A DNA stretch of 44,133 nucleotides from Candidatus Spechtbacteria bacterium RIFCSPLOWO2_12_FULL_38_22 (lineage in GTDB: Bacteria > Patescibacteriota > Minisyncoccia > Spechtbacterales > 2-12-FULL-38-22): positions 1-44,133 of the forward strand of contig MHOK01000009.1 of NCBI GenBank assembly GCA_001820055.1. Reading direction: 5' to 3'. This document shows positions 8,242 to 16,262 of the stretch, piece after piece. Within the stretch, counting starts at the first letter, position 1; every line of letters starts with the position of its first letter. The notes beneath the pieces were generated by a model, which did not search any database, was not told the origin of the DNA, and saw nothing but the letters and a program-made list of their open reading frames with translations. The position numbers were made by a program, and so were the translations under genes.

Positions 8242-9315
8242 ATGTTTCAAGTTTTAGGTTTTAAGAAATTTAAATACGGGTTTTTTAAAATTTTTTTCGG
8301 ACTACTTTTGATAGTTTATTTTTTATTTGTAGCTATATATGCTTTTCTTTTTGTTGGTCCCGCACCCAAACCAACAAACATAGAAGAAGCGACTTGGGGA
8401 ATTAATTTTTCACACAGGCAAGCGGAAACACTGGGACTTGATTGGCAAGAAACATTTTTAGCTCTTGCCGATGACTTAAGTGTTGAGTACTGGCGTATTC
8501 CTATTTACTGGGATGAACTAGAACAAGTAAAAGACGAATATGATTTTACAAAGTGGGATTGGCAGATACAAGAGTTAGAAAAAAGAAACGCGAAAGCAAT
8601 TTTAGCAATAGGAGCTAAACTGCCCCGATGGCCTGAATGCCATGTTCCAAATTGGCTTGATGAAGCAAGTCAGGCGACATATGAACAACAGTTATTTCAG
8701 TATATTCGCGAGGTCGTAGCGCGTTATCGTGATAGTAAGGCTGTTTTAATGTGGCAAGTAGAAAACGAGCCATTTCTTTGGCCCTTTGGTGAATGTCCAA
8801 AGCCAGACAGCAAACTATTGGATAAAGAAATTCAACTTGTCAAAGTTTTAGATAAAAAAAATACTTTTGGGGTTCAACATCCAATAATGATTACAGACTC
8901 TGGTGAGTTATCTGTTTGGCTCCCCGCAGGAAAGCGAGCGGATGTTTTTGGTTCAACTTTATATCGCATAATACATAACCCAAAAATTGGATTTTTAGAA
9001 TATACATTTTTTACACCAACTTTTCACGCAAGAAAGGAGGTGTTTTTACATTGGTTTTATCCAGATTTAGAAGTTCAAATTGTTGAGCTTCAGGCAGAAC
9101 CGTGGGTTACTGAGTTGCCAATTAGTGATGTATCTATAGAAGATCAATATAAAACCTTGTCGCCCGAACAATTTGATAAAAATGTTCAATTTGCGCTCGC
9201 CATAGGCACAAAGACATTTTATTTATGGGGAGCTGAATGGTGGTATTGGTTAAAAACTGAAAAAGATATGCCAGAGATTTGGAATAAGGCCAAAAATCTG
9301 TTTTATAAAAATTAG
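8242..9315 (+). CDS. Membrane-anchored clan GH-A glycoside hydrolase (GH5/GH42-like)
   Basis: N-terminal TM, RIPIYWDELE, WQVENEP, ELQAEPW. Confidence 0.8.
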   Translation: MFQVLGFKKFKYGFFKIFFGLLLIVYFLFVAIYAFLFVGPAPKPTNIEEATWGINFSHRQAETLGLDWQETFLALADDLSVEYWRIPIYWDELEQVKDEYDFTKWDWQIQELEKRNAKAILAIGAKLPRWPECHVPNWLDEASQATYEQQLFQYIREVVARYRDSKAVLMWQVENEPFLWPFGECPKPDSKLLDKEIQLVKVLDKKNTFGVQHPIMITDSGELSVWLPAGKRADVFGSTLYRIIHNPKIGFLEYTFFTPTFHARKEVFLHWFYPDLEVQIVELQAEPWVTELPISDVSIEDQYKTLSPEQFDKNVQFALAIGTKTFYLWGAEWWYWLKTEKDMPEIWNKAKNLFYKN

Positions 9316-9359
9316 TTTGATTGAGGGAATAGCTAAATTTTGTTAAAATTATTTAAACT

Positions 9360-9884
9360 ATGGTGTTGGATATAAAATTATTCTATTTTTTTAATAACCT
9401 TGTTGATAAGTTTCAGATTTTTGACACTCTCGTTGTTTTTTTCGCCGCTTATTTGCAGTATTTTTTTGTCGCATCATTTTTTATATTTTTGTATTTTTCA
9501 GCGTATTCAAAACGGAAAAAACTTTATATATTGGCAGTAACCACTTTTTCTAGCATTTTTGCTCGCTTGGGAGTAACCGAAATTATTCGCTTTTTTTATC
9601 ATCGTCCTCGTCCGTTTATTACATACCAAATTCATCAACTTATCCCTGAAAACGGCTGGTCGTTTCCATCAGGTCATTCGGCTTTCTTTTTTGCAATAGC
9701 AATGTCTGTGTATTTTTATAATAAAAAATGGGGTATTGGATTTTTTGTTGGCGCAATTTTAATGAATATAAGTCGTATTATCGTAGGAGTACATTACCCA
9801 TCGGATATTATTGGTGGCGCAATTGTGGGCGTGCTTGTTAGTTTTATTGTTTTTCGTATTACCAAAAAATTATCTAAAAAGTAG
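9360..9884 (+). CDS. PAP2 phosphatase (undecaprenyl-PP phosphatase-like)
   Basis: RPRP, FPSGHS, SRIIVGVHYPSD. Confidence 0.93.
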   Translation: MVLDIKLFYFFNNLVDKFQIFDTLVVFFAAYLQYFFVASFFIFLYFSAYSKRKKLYILAVTTFSSIFARLGVTEIIRFFYHRPRPFITYQIHQLIPENGWSFPSGHSAFFFAIAMSVYFYNKKWGIGFFVGAILMNISRIIVGVHYPSDIIGGAIVGVLVSFIVFRITKKLSKK

Positions 9885-9938
9885 GAAAAGGTGTATACTA
9901 AAGTATAAAATAAATAGTAATTTAATCTTAGTATATTT

Positions 9939-10061
9939 ATGTCAAAAAGAAGAACTGGTGTTGAAAAGCATAGAAAGTCACGCTCTCACAAAACCCAAAA
10001 ACGTTTAGAGATAAAACGACTTATGCTTGAAGCTAAAAAAAGTAAGAAAAAGCAAAAATAA
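9939..10061 (+). CDS. 40-aa highly basic small protein (absent from the ORF track)
   Basis: MSKRRTGVEKHRKSRSHKTQKRLEIKRLMLEAKKSKKKQK, 18/40 K+R. Fills the intergenic gap. Confidence 0.65.
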   Translation: MSKRRTGVEKHRKSRSHKTQKRLEIKRLMLEAKKSKKKQK

Positions 10062-10072
10062 GGTCCTAGCTC

Positions 10073-10101
10073 TTGCAATTTTTTAAGAAGTATTGTATAA
10101 T
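10073..10101 (+). promoter_or_regulatory. sigma70-type promoter
   Basis: TTGCAA-17-TATAAT. Confidence 0.8.
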
Positions 10102-10126
10102 TAAGCTAGAAAAGGAGGGAGCCAGA

Positions 10127-10393
10127 ATGCTATTTGGAGTAAGCCTAACTCTTTTTTTACTTAGCTATCACCTCTGCAAATTCACCGATATTCACGCTAA
10201 GGGCATGCGGCGCTTTGTGCAGACTCTCTTGCTTCTAGGGTTTTTGTTTTTTCTAGCAGGACTTGTCGCCCTTGGGCTAAATCACTGGCTTACACGCATT
10301 ATTGCCAATGTTGTCACTGTGGGTTTCGGCGTTTGGTTGTTGTGGCATAGTCCATGGGCAAAACCCAGAGCAACAGTGCAGGATATTCGATAA
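10127..10393 (+). CDS. Small 3-TM membrane protein
   Basis: ATG 10127 follows AAGGAGG. The ORF track's TTG start at 10073 is the -35 box. Confidence 0.75.
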   Translation: MLFGVSLTLFLLSYHLCKFTDIHAKGMRRFVQTLLLLGFLFFLAGLVALGLNHWLTRIIANVVTVGFGVWLLWHSPWAKPRATVQDIR

Positions 10394-10397
10394 GAGC

Positions 10398-10426
10398 AAG
10401 TCCGCCTTCTGAGGTGGACTTTTTTT
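10398..10426 (+). terminator. Intrinsic terminator
   Basis: AAGTCCGCCT-loop-AGGTGGACTT plus T tract. Confidence 0.85.
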
Positions 10427-10430
10427 GTGC

Positions 10431-10459
10431 TTGAAAAGCATACTAAACAGTGGTATTCT
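10431..10459 (+). promoter_or_regulatory. sigma70-type promoter
   Basis: TTGAAA-17-(TGG)TATTCT. Confidence 0.65.
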
Positions 10460-10489
10460 TTTTTTAGTTCTTGAAAAGGAGGTTGACCT

Positions 10490-11287
10490 ATGTACAAAGT
10501 TGGAAATCCGAGTCAGTTAATTATCGTAAGGCATGCGGAATCAGAATTAAATGTTTTATTACAGGATATAGTAAATGATCCAGAATTTAGAAAATTAAAA
10601 GAACTACTTAGAACAAACCCCTATTCTGGTGTAGTAAGGAAAATCGCCGAAAAATTAAGGCAAAAATATGCTGGTCGCATGGTTGCGGACTATTTGGTTG
10701 GCTTAACGGCGGAGGGCGAACGTCAAGCTCTTGAGACGGGCGTAAAATTAGGACAGATTATTGAACCTTCGGAGATTAATGTTATTTTTGTGTCACCCTA
10801 CGCCAGAGCGTTGCAAACACTAGAAAAACTGAAGGAAACATGGCCAAAACTCAATAACGTACGCACTAGTAGTGTTTTTGTTGAGGACGCGTTAAGAGAA
10901 CAAGAAATGGGCTTAGCGCATACGTATGGCAGTTTTGTTTTATTTTTTGCTCTTAACGATCAAGATAGAAATATGTATTATGTAGACGCGTACGCCCCGT
11001 ATTTTTACAGATTTCCTAACGGAGAAAGCGTGGCTGACTTAAGAGCACGAGTAAATAGTTGGTATGACAGAGTAATGCTTGAACACAGAGGTAGAACGGT
11101 TTTGGTTGTGTCGCATGGTCGTACGATATCCGCAATTAGGGCAAGAATAGAGAATTGGAGTTCTCAAAGGTTTATAGACGAACATGTGGACGGCAAAGTT
11201 CATAATTGTGGTGTTAGTATCTATAGAGATATAAAACAACAACGTGGAATGGAATTAGTGGATTTTAATATGAAACTTTGGGATTAA
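10490..11287 (+). CDS. Histidine phosphatase (phosphoglycerate mutase-like)
   Basis: IIVRHAES, SPYARALQT, LREQEMG, PNGES, VVSHG. SD AAGGAGGT. Confidence 0.92.
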   Translation: MYKVGNPSQLIIVRHAESELNVLLQDIVNDPEFRKLKELLRTNPYSGVVRKIAEKLRQKYAGRMVADYLVGLTAEGERQALETGVKLGQIIEPSEINVIFVSPYARALQTLEKLKETWPKLNNVRTSSVFVEDALREQEMGLAHTYGSFVLFFALNDQDRNMYYVDAYAPYFYRFPNGESVADLRARVNSWYDRVMLEHRGRTVLVVSHGRTISAIRARIENWSSQRFIDEHVDGKVHNCGVSIYRDIKQQRGMELVDFNMKLWD

Positions 11288-11310
11288 AACGGCTTTAAAA
11301 GCCGTTTTTT
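11286..11310 (+). terminator. Intrinsic terminator
   Basis: AAAACGGC-loop-GCCGTTTTTT. Confidence 0.8.
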
Positions 11311-11327
11311 ATGGTATTATCAGTAGT

Positions 11328-11795
11328 ATGGTTATTGTTTTAGACAATATCAGAAGCATACAAAATGTTGGTACAATTTTTCGTACCGCCGACGCCATAA
11401 ATGTAGAAAAGATATACTTATGCGGAATTACGCCCAGTCCGTTGGACGAATTTGGAAGAAAGCGCCAGCAGTTAGTAAAAATTTCTTTAGGCGCGGAAAA
11501 TTCTATAAAATGGGGGAAATGTAAACAGACATATCGCGTGTTGGATGATTTAAAAAAACAGGGTTACAGAATTTATGTAGTAGAACAAGCTAAAAATTCT
11601 ATCCCGTATTTTAAGGTTAAAATATCAAATAGGAAAAAAATAGTTTTAGTTTTGGGGCATGAGTTGGGAGGAGTATCCAAAAGTACTCTTAAAAGAGCGG
11701 ATAAGATTTTGGAAATACCTATGGCGGGCTCTAAACAGTCGTTGAACGTAGCAATCGCAGGAGCAATTGTTATGTTCCATCTTGAATATACCTAA
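11328..11795 (+). CDS. SpoU/TrmH-family RNA methyltransferase
   Basis: LDNIRSIQNVGTIFRTAD, LGHE, EIPMAGSKQSLNVA. Confidence 0.94.
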   Translation: MVIVLDNIRSIQNVGTIFRTADAINVEKIYLCGITPSPLDEFGRKRQQLVKISLGAENSIKWGKCKQTYRVLDDLKKQGYRIYVVEQAKNSIPYFKVKISNRKKIVLVLGHELGGVSKSTLKRADKILEIPMAGSKQSLNVAIAGAIVMFHLEYT

Positions 11796-12055
11796 TGGAT
11801 ATTGAAACAGAGTTGGGAAAATTAAAAAACTGGAAATTGCAGGATAATAAAATTATTAAGGATTTTGTATTTAAAAATTTTGCCCAAACAATGATATTTA
11901 TAAATAAGGTAGCAGAGTTTGCAGAAGAACTAAATCACCACCCCGATATGTATATATCGTATAACAAGGTAAAAATAGAATTAACAACTCATGAGGTTGG
12001 TGGGGTCTCTGAGAAGGATTTTGTATTGGCTAAAAAAATAGATGATACTAACTAA
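11795..12055 (+). CDS. Pterin-4a-carbinolamine dehydratase
   Basis: AEELNHHPD, LTTHEVGGVSEKD. Confidence 0.94.
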   Translation: MDIETELGKLKNWKLQDNKIIKDFVFKNFAQTMIFINKVAEFAEELNHHPDMYISYNKVKIELTTHEVGGVSEKDFVLAKKIDDTN

Positions 12056-12314
12056 AAAAAATAGAAGGTTAAAGAAAAATTTTAAACATCATAACGACAA
12101 ACCTCGTATTTTTACTATTATCCGAAAAGAAGATGAAAGCGGTGTAAGTGGTCGTGGCAGAGTTTTGGATGGAGTTGTATTTACTGACGGAAAAACCGTA
12201 GTCAATTGGAGAAGCGACAAACCGAGTATAGCGGTTTACGGCAGTTTTGAAGAGTTTAAAAAAATACACATAGACAGCCATCCCAAAAATAAGACAGAAA
12301 TAGTATGGTTATAG
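12042..12314 (+). CDS. Conserved-looking hypothetical protein
   Basis: DESGVSG-G-V-DGVVFTDG motif. Overlaps both neighbours. Confidence 0.7.
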   Translation: MILTKKNRRLKKNFKHHNDKPRIFTIIRKEDESGVSGRGRVLDGVVFTDGKTVVNWRSDKPSIAVYGSFEEFKKIHIDSHPKNKTEIVWL

Positions 12315-12886
12315 ACAAAAGACTATTTGTAGCGATTGAAATATCAGAAGAATTAAAAAATGAACTTCTAAAAATCAGTTCAAAATACCAAGATAAGGAT
12401 ATCCGTTGGACGAAAGATAAAAATCTACATATCACAGTACAATTTTTAGGTAACATTAAAAGTGTATACACAAAACAGATAGAACAAGAATTAGATGATA
12501 TTGCTCAAAACACAAATCGATTTAGACTAACCATAGATAAAATTATATATGCGCCGCCTGGGGAAACAAAAAATATGATTTGGGTTGTGTTGTCTGACGG
12601 CAGTGGGTATAAAAATTTAACGCTAAAAATATCCAATGCGTTAAGAAAATATATAGATAATAATTTATTGACGAAAGATAAAAATGTAATGCGCGAACAA
12701 AGGACTGCGCATATAACTCTAGCTCGTTTTAAAAGCTATTTAAAATTTGACGATCTTAATTTAGAAAATATCAGAATACAAAATAAGGAGCTAGAGGTAG
12801 GCGGGTATTCCTTGTGGGAGTCATTCCGTGGAAGCAGGGGGACTGAATATAAAATTTTAAAAAAATTTAAATTTAAAAATGTTTAG
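12305..12886 (+). CDS. thpR: RNA 2',3'-cyclic phosphodiesterase (2H family)
   Basis: RLFVAI, two HxT motifs (HITV, HITL). Confidence 0.92.
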   Translation: MVIDKRLFVAIEISEELKNELLKISSKYQDKDIRWTKDKNLHITVQFLGNIKSVYTKQIEQELDDIAQNTNRFRLTIDKIIYAPPGETKNMIWVVLSDGSGYKNLTLKISNALRKYIDNNLLTKDKNVMREQRTAHITLARFKSYLKFDDLNLENIRIQNKELEVGGYSLWESFRGSRGTEYKILKKFKFKNV

Positions 12887-12954
12887 ATCGCAAGAGTAAC
12901 TTTAAGAAATTTGTATTATTTTTTTATAATATTAGTACTAATTTCTATATTTAT

Positions 12955-13194
12955 ATGAAGACACCAGAATTTTTTCCAGGGAATGAATTACAAGGTCCAT
13001 TAAAAAATGTTCAAGAATTACTACAGCAACAAATACAAGTTGATCAACAACTTACAGAAACTGATCCAGCGTATCGCAGAATTAAATCAGAAATGGAAAC
13101 AATTCAAATGCAACTAGAACAAGTTACGCAATGCATTGCACTTTTGGAAGCACATAAAAAATTTCTTGAAGGAAGAAGAAGTAAGAAAAAATAA
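12955..13194 (+). CDS. Small coiled-coil protein
   Basis: Q/E/L-rich heptads, operon position. Confidence 0.55.
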   Translation: MKTPEFFPGNELQGPLKNVQELLQQQIQVDQQLTETDPAYRRIKSEMETIQMQLEQVTQCIALLEAHKKFLEGRRSKKK

Positions 13195-13203
13195 AGGAAT
13201 AAT

Positions 13204-13458
13204 ATGCATAAAACATTTGCGCAAAAGGTATATCAAGTTGTACACGATATACCAAGAGAAAAAGTTTTGACCTACAAAGAAGTGGCACAACACGCAGGAA
13301 GTCCTCGCGCTTATAGAGCTGTGGGTAATTTAATGAATAAAAACTACGACAATACTGTGCCATGTCACAGGGTGATTAGGAGTGATGGAAAGATAGGCGG
13401 TTTTCGCGAGGGTACTACAAAAAAAGTTGCCTTACTTAAAAAAGAGGGCGCAATATAA
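13204..13458 (+). CDS. O6-methylguanine-DNA methyltransferase, single domain
   Basis: YRAVGN, VPCHRVIRSDG. Confidence 0.92.
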   Translation: MHKTFAQKVYQVVHDIPREKVLTYKEVAQHAGSPRAYRAVGNLMNKNYDNTVPCHRVIRSDGKIGGFREGTTKKVALLKKEGAI

Positions 13459-13482
13459 AAGTCCACAGCAATGCGGACTTTT
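13457..13482. terminator. Bidirectional terminator
   Basis: AAAAGTCCACA-GCAA-TGCGGACTTTT between convergent stop codons. Confidence 0.8.
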
Positions 13483-13483
13483 A

Positions 13484-13753
13484 TTAAGTAGGTATTATTC
13501 TTATCACTCCGCTTACTTGGCTTCTAGGTTCTTGGTTAGAGTATTGTTTCCATTGTCCATACGGACCGTCAGAAGTTAGAAGTTCTTTTATCGTAATACC
13601 ACGCGCAAGATCATGACCGCAGCTCAAACCATTTTCAGTTCTGATTTTGTCACAAAAAAAGTAAGGATCCCATCGAATATTTCCACTCCGCACTGTAATA
13701 GAAACATCAGTATCGCTTGAAAGTTCCTGTGGTAGATCTTGACCGACTAACAT
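13484..13753 (-). CDS. Orphan hypothetical protein
   Basis: G-rich SD-like run, stop codon abuts the terminator. Confidence 0.55.
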   Translation of the reverse strand: MLVGQDLPQELSSDTDVSITVRSGNIRWDPYFFCDKIRTENGLSCGHDLARGITIKELLTSDGPYGQWKQYSNQEPRSQVSGVIRIIPT

Positions 13754-13816
13754 ACTCCCCCCTAAGACACAAGCTGTGTATAGCGTAACATATTTTAATT
13801 ATTTAATCAAGTTTTT

Positions 13817-14263
13817 ATGGATAAATACATTTGGACTTCACATGCTCAATACAAGATGCGCTATTATAGAATGTCAGAAAGTCTGGTAAAAAGAGTGGTT
13901 CGTTACCCCACAAGGGTAGAGGAGGGGGTGATAGAAAACGCAGTTGCATGCATGAGACCTGCGCATTTAAATAGTACTTCGACCCGTTCGGTACCAGTAG
14001 GCGTTTTGACTGTGGGCTCCCAGCCTTCTCCGCCAGCTGGCGGATTCGGCGGGCAGGCGAAACAGGCCAAGCCTAAAAGATATTCTGAACTGTGGGTAAT
14101 GTATTTGTTGACTTCGTCGACGGGTAACAAAAAACAAACAGAAAGTAATAAACAAAAGCAAGTAAAGATTATCACTGCATGGAGATATCCTGGACTTAGT
14201 CCAAAACGCAATCCAGTACCAGCAAACATACTAGAGGAGGCCAAGAGAATAATTAGTATATAA
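13817..14263 (+). CDS. Hypothetical protein, possible RelE/BrnT/DUF4258-like fold, with internal repeat-derived insert
   Basis: WTSHAQYKM...KRVVRYP...KIITAW. GC-rich low-complexity insert at about 13960-14075. Confidence 0.7.
   Translation: MDKYIWTSHAQYKMRYYRMSESLVKRVVRYPTRVEEGVIENAVACMRPAHLNSTSTRSVPVGVLTVGSQPSPPAGGFGGQAKQAKPKRYSELWVMYLLTSSTGNKKQTESNKQKQVKIITAWRYPGLSPKRNPVPANILEEAKRIISI
14023..14058. repeat. REP-like palindrome inside a CDS
   Basis: Perfect 16-bp palindrome TCCGCCAGCTGGCGGA at 14029-14044, encoding PPAGG. Confidence 0.8.
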
Positions 14264-14272
14264 TTCTCAAGG

Positions 14273-14731
14273 TTAATTTATTTCTAAAATAATATATTCT
14301 TTAACTCCAGAAGGGAGTTTTATTTTTATTTTTTCTTTTATTTCATGTCCCATAAAAGCGTTGCCGATGGGGGAGTCGTAGGAAATTTTGCCACTACTGG
14401 GGTCGGAATTTTGGGCTGAAACAATAGTAAAGCCTTGTTCCTTTCCGTCGGAATTTTTTACTTTTAGAATTGAACCGACCTGCACCTTTCCACTGTTAGT
14501 TTTTTCAACTATTATCGCTTGTTTAATAATTATCGCTAGTTCTCTTATACGCATTTCTAATCTAGCCTGACGATCTTTTGCCTGATGGTAGGCATCGTTT
14601 TCGCCCAAATCTCCTTGTTCTATAGCTTCCTTTAAAAGTTTTGCAACAACGGCTCTCTCGTCTTTTTCAAGTTTTTCAAGTTCTTTCTTTAGCTCGTCGT
14701 ATTCTTTTTTTGTAAGTTTAATTTTATCCAT
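14273..14731 (-). CDS. greA: Transcription elongation factor GreA
   Basis: GDLGENDAY (GDLxENxxY), VQVGS, ISYDSPIGNAFMG. Confidence 0.96.
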   Translation of the reverse strand: MDKIKLTKKEYDELKKELEKLEKDERAVVAKLLKEAIEQGDLGENDAYHQAKDRQARLEMRIRELAIIIKQAIIVEKTNSGKVQVGSILKVKNSDGKEQGFTIVSAQNSDPSSGKISYDSPIGNAFMGHEIKEKIKIKLPSGVKEYIILEIN

Positions 14732-14770
14732 ATAGGGATCAGGATTTAAGCTAGAGTTAATTTAGCGGAA

Positions 14771-14881
14771 TCAATTTTATAAAAAATAGTACAATTTATT
14801 CCACGCTGCCACTTCGTTCCCGCCTGCCTACGGTAGGCAGGCTTACGACGGAATAAATTGTACTATTTTTTATAAAATTGA
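14771..14881. repeat. 32-bp perfect inverted repeat enclosing a GC palindrome
   Basis: 14771-14802 is the reverse complement of 14850-14881. Inner GCCTGCCTAC-G-GTAGGCAGGC at 14822-14842. Confidence 0.95.
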
Positions 14882-15027
14882 CCCGTCCTAGAGAGAAACT
14901 AAATTCTGGTTTGAATCCCGCTCCTTAAATACTAGCACATTCTCAAGGAAGTTAAAACTTGATTTACTATTCTGCGGGCTTGACTAGCATGGTATAATAA
15001 GAAAGTATAATTATTAACATTTTAATT

Positions 15028-15264
15028 ATGACTAACGTATTAATCTATTCAACGTCAACGTGTCATTATTGTCATATGGCTAAGGAGTTTTTTAAAGAAA
15101 ATCACATAGAATATAGCGAAAAAGATGTTGGTACGGATATGGATGCAAGGCGCGAAATGATAGAAAAAACAGGTAGTTTAGGGGTACCCGTTATTCAAAT
15201 TGGGGAGGAGACTATTTTAGGATTTGACAAAAAATGGTTACAGGAAAAACTAGGAATTAAGTAA
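15028..15264 (+). CDS. Glutaredoxin-like (NrdH/YruB-type) protein
   Basis: YSTSTCHYC, GVPVI, GFD. Confidence 0.93.
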   Translation: MTNVLIYSTSTCHYCHMAKEFFKENHIEYSEKDVGTDMDARREMIEKTGSLGVPVIQIGEETILGFDKKWLQEKLGIK

Positions 15265-15283
15265 GCTCGCGCTATGCGCTCGC

Positions 15284-15381
15284 AGTAACCAGTAACTAGT
15301 AACAAGTAAAAATTTTAACGCGTTAGAACAAAAAACATTTCGCCGTAGACGGAATAAAGATTATTAGTTACTTATTACTTT
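15284..15381. repeat. Inverted heptamer arrays
   Basis: AGTAACC-AGTAACT-AGTAACA-AGTAAAA at 15284-15311 versus TTATTAG-TTACTTA-TTACTTT at 15361-15381. Confidence 0.65.
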
Positions 15382-15406
15382 TTATGAGCTTAACAAAATA
15401 AAAGTT

Positions 15407-15853
15407 ATGAAATTTTTAGGTAAGGTTATTGATGCAGGAAATGTATACGCGCATTGTGATTTAATGTGCGGGGTTTACGATCCTGCTCAGGCACGGATTG
15501 AAGCGCAATCTGTTTATAATGCGGTAAAACTATATCAGACAGCACTCAATGACGAGGCGTTTAAACAGCGCACAATTCTTATAAAGGAAGAACGAGCACA
15601 AATAGTTAAGCACCATTTGTGGGTTTTGTGGACGGATTATTTTAAAGAGGAGCATGCGAAAAAATTTAAAAACCTGCATGATTTATTTTGGCAAGCTACA
15701 AAAGCCGCTGGGGATATAAAAAAATCCGTAGAGCTGGCGGATGCGCAGAAATTAATTGATTTGATAGACGAAATTGGTTATATTTTTGAACAAACTAAAG
15801 AAGGATATAATTACAGCGCAGTGAAAAAGAATTTAGAAATTCAAACTAAATAA
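15407..15853 (+). CDS. sodN: Nickel superoxide dismutase precursor
   Basis: 15-aa leader, then Ni-hook HCDLMCGVYDPAQARIEA. KHHLWVLWTDYFK. Confidence 0.95.
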   Translation: MKFLGKVIDAGNVYAHCDLMCGVYDPAQARIEAQSVYNAVKLYQTALNDEAFKQRTILIKEERAQIVKHHLWVLWTDYFKEEHAKKFKNLHDLFWQATKAAGDIKKSVELADAQKLIDLIDEIGYIFEQTKEGYNYSAVKKNLEIQTK

Positions 15854-15879
15854 AAATAAGTTTACTTAATATGGAATAA

Positions 15880-16182
15880 ATGGCGTGGAAATTATCTCCC
15901 ATTTTTAGATATACAGTAGTAGGAAACAGTATGGAGCCAACTTTTTTTGAGGATGACAAAGTCCTTGTAAACAGGTTGGCTTATTTGTTTAAAAAACCAA
16001 AAGTAGGGGACATTGTTGTCGTGAAGCATTCTGGATATACAGACAGGAGCATAATTAAAAGAGTAAAAAACGTAAAAGGTTCTAAGTTTTTTTTGGTGGG
16101 AGATAATATAAGCAATAGCACCGACAGCAGACATTTCGGAGAGATAAGCGAGGAGTATGTTGTAGGAAAAGTAGTAATATAG
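15880..16182 (+). CDS. sodX: Ni-SOD maturation protease (S26 type)
   Basis: GNSMEPT, IKRV, GDN...STDSRHFG. Directly downstream of sodN. Confidence 0.9.
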   Translation: MAWKLSPIFRYTVVGNSMEPTFFEDDKVLVNRLAYLFKKPKVGDIVVVKHSGYTDRSIIKRVKNVKGSKFFLVGDNISNSTDSRHFGEISEEYVVGKVVI

Positions 16183-16262
16183 TTTTTATTCTATGATATT
16201 TAGAGTTGTTTTTTAAATTTTGTATGGTATACTGCTTCCAGCACTAAATACGAGGACGAACC

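Noticed and set aside
9811-10008. 65-aa ORF
   Set aside because: It overlaps PAP2 out of frame. The 9939-10061 ORF explains the gap better.
14736-14925. 6S or SRP RNA call
   Set aside because: The size and rod shape are suggestive, but there is no clear central bubble or SRP GNRA motif, and a 32-bp perfect stem is atypical. Kept only as an unexplained structure.
15284-15311. CRISPR or iteron array
   Set aside because: Only 7-bp tandem units without spacers, and no cas or rep gene.
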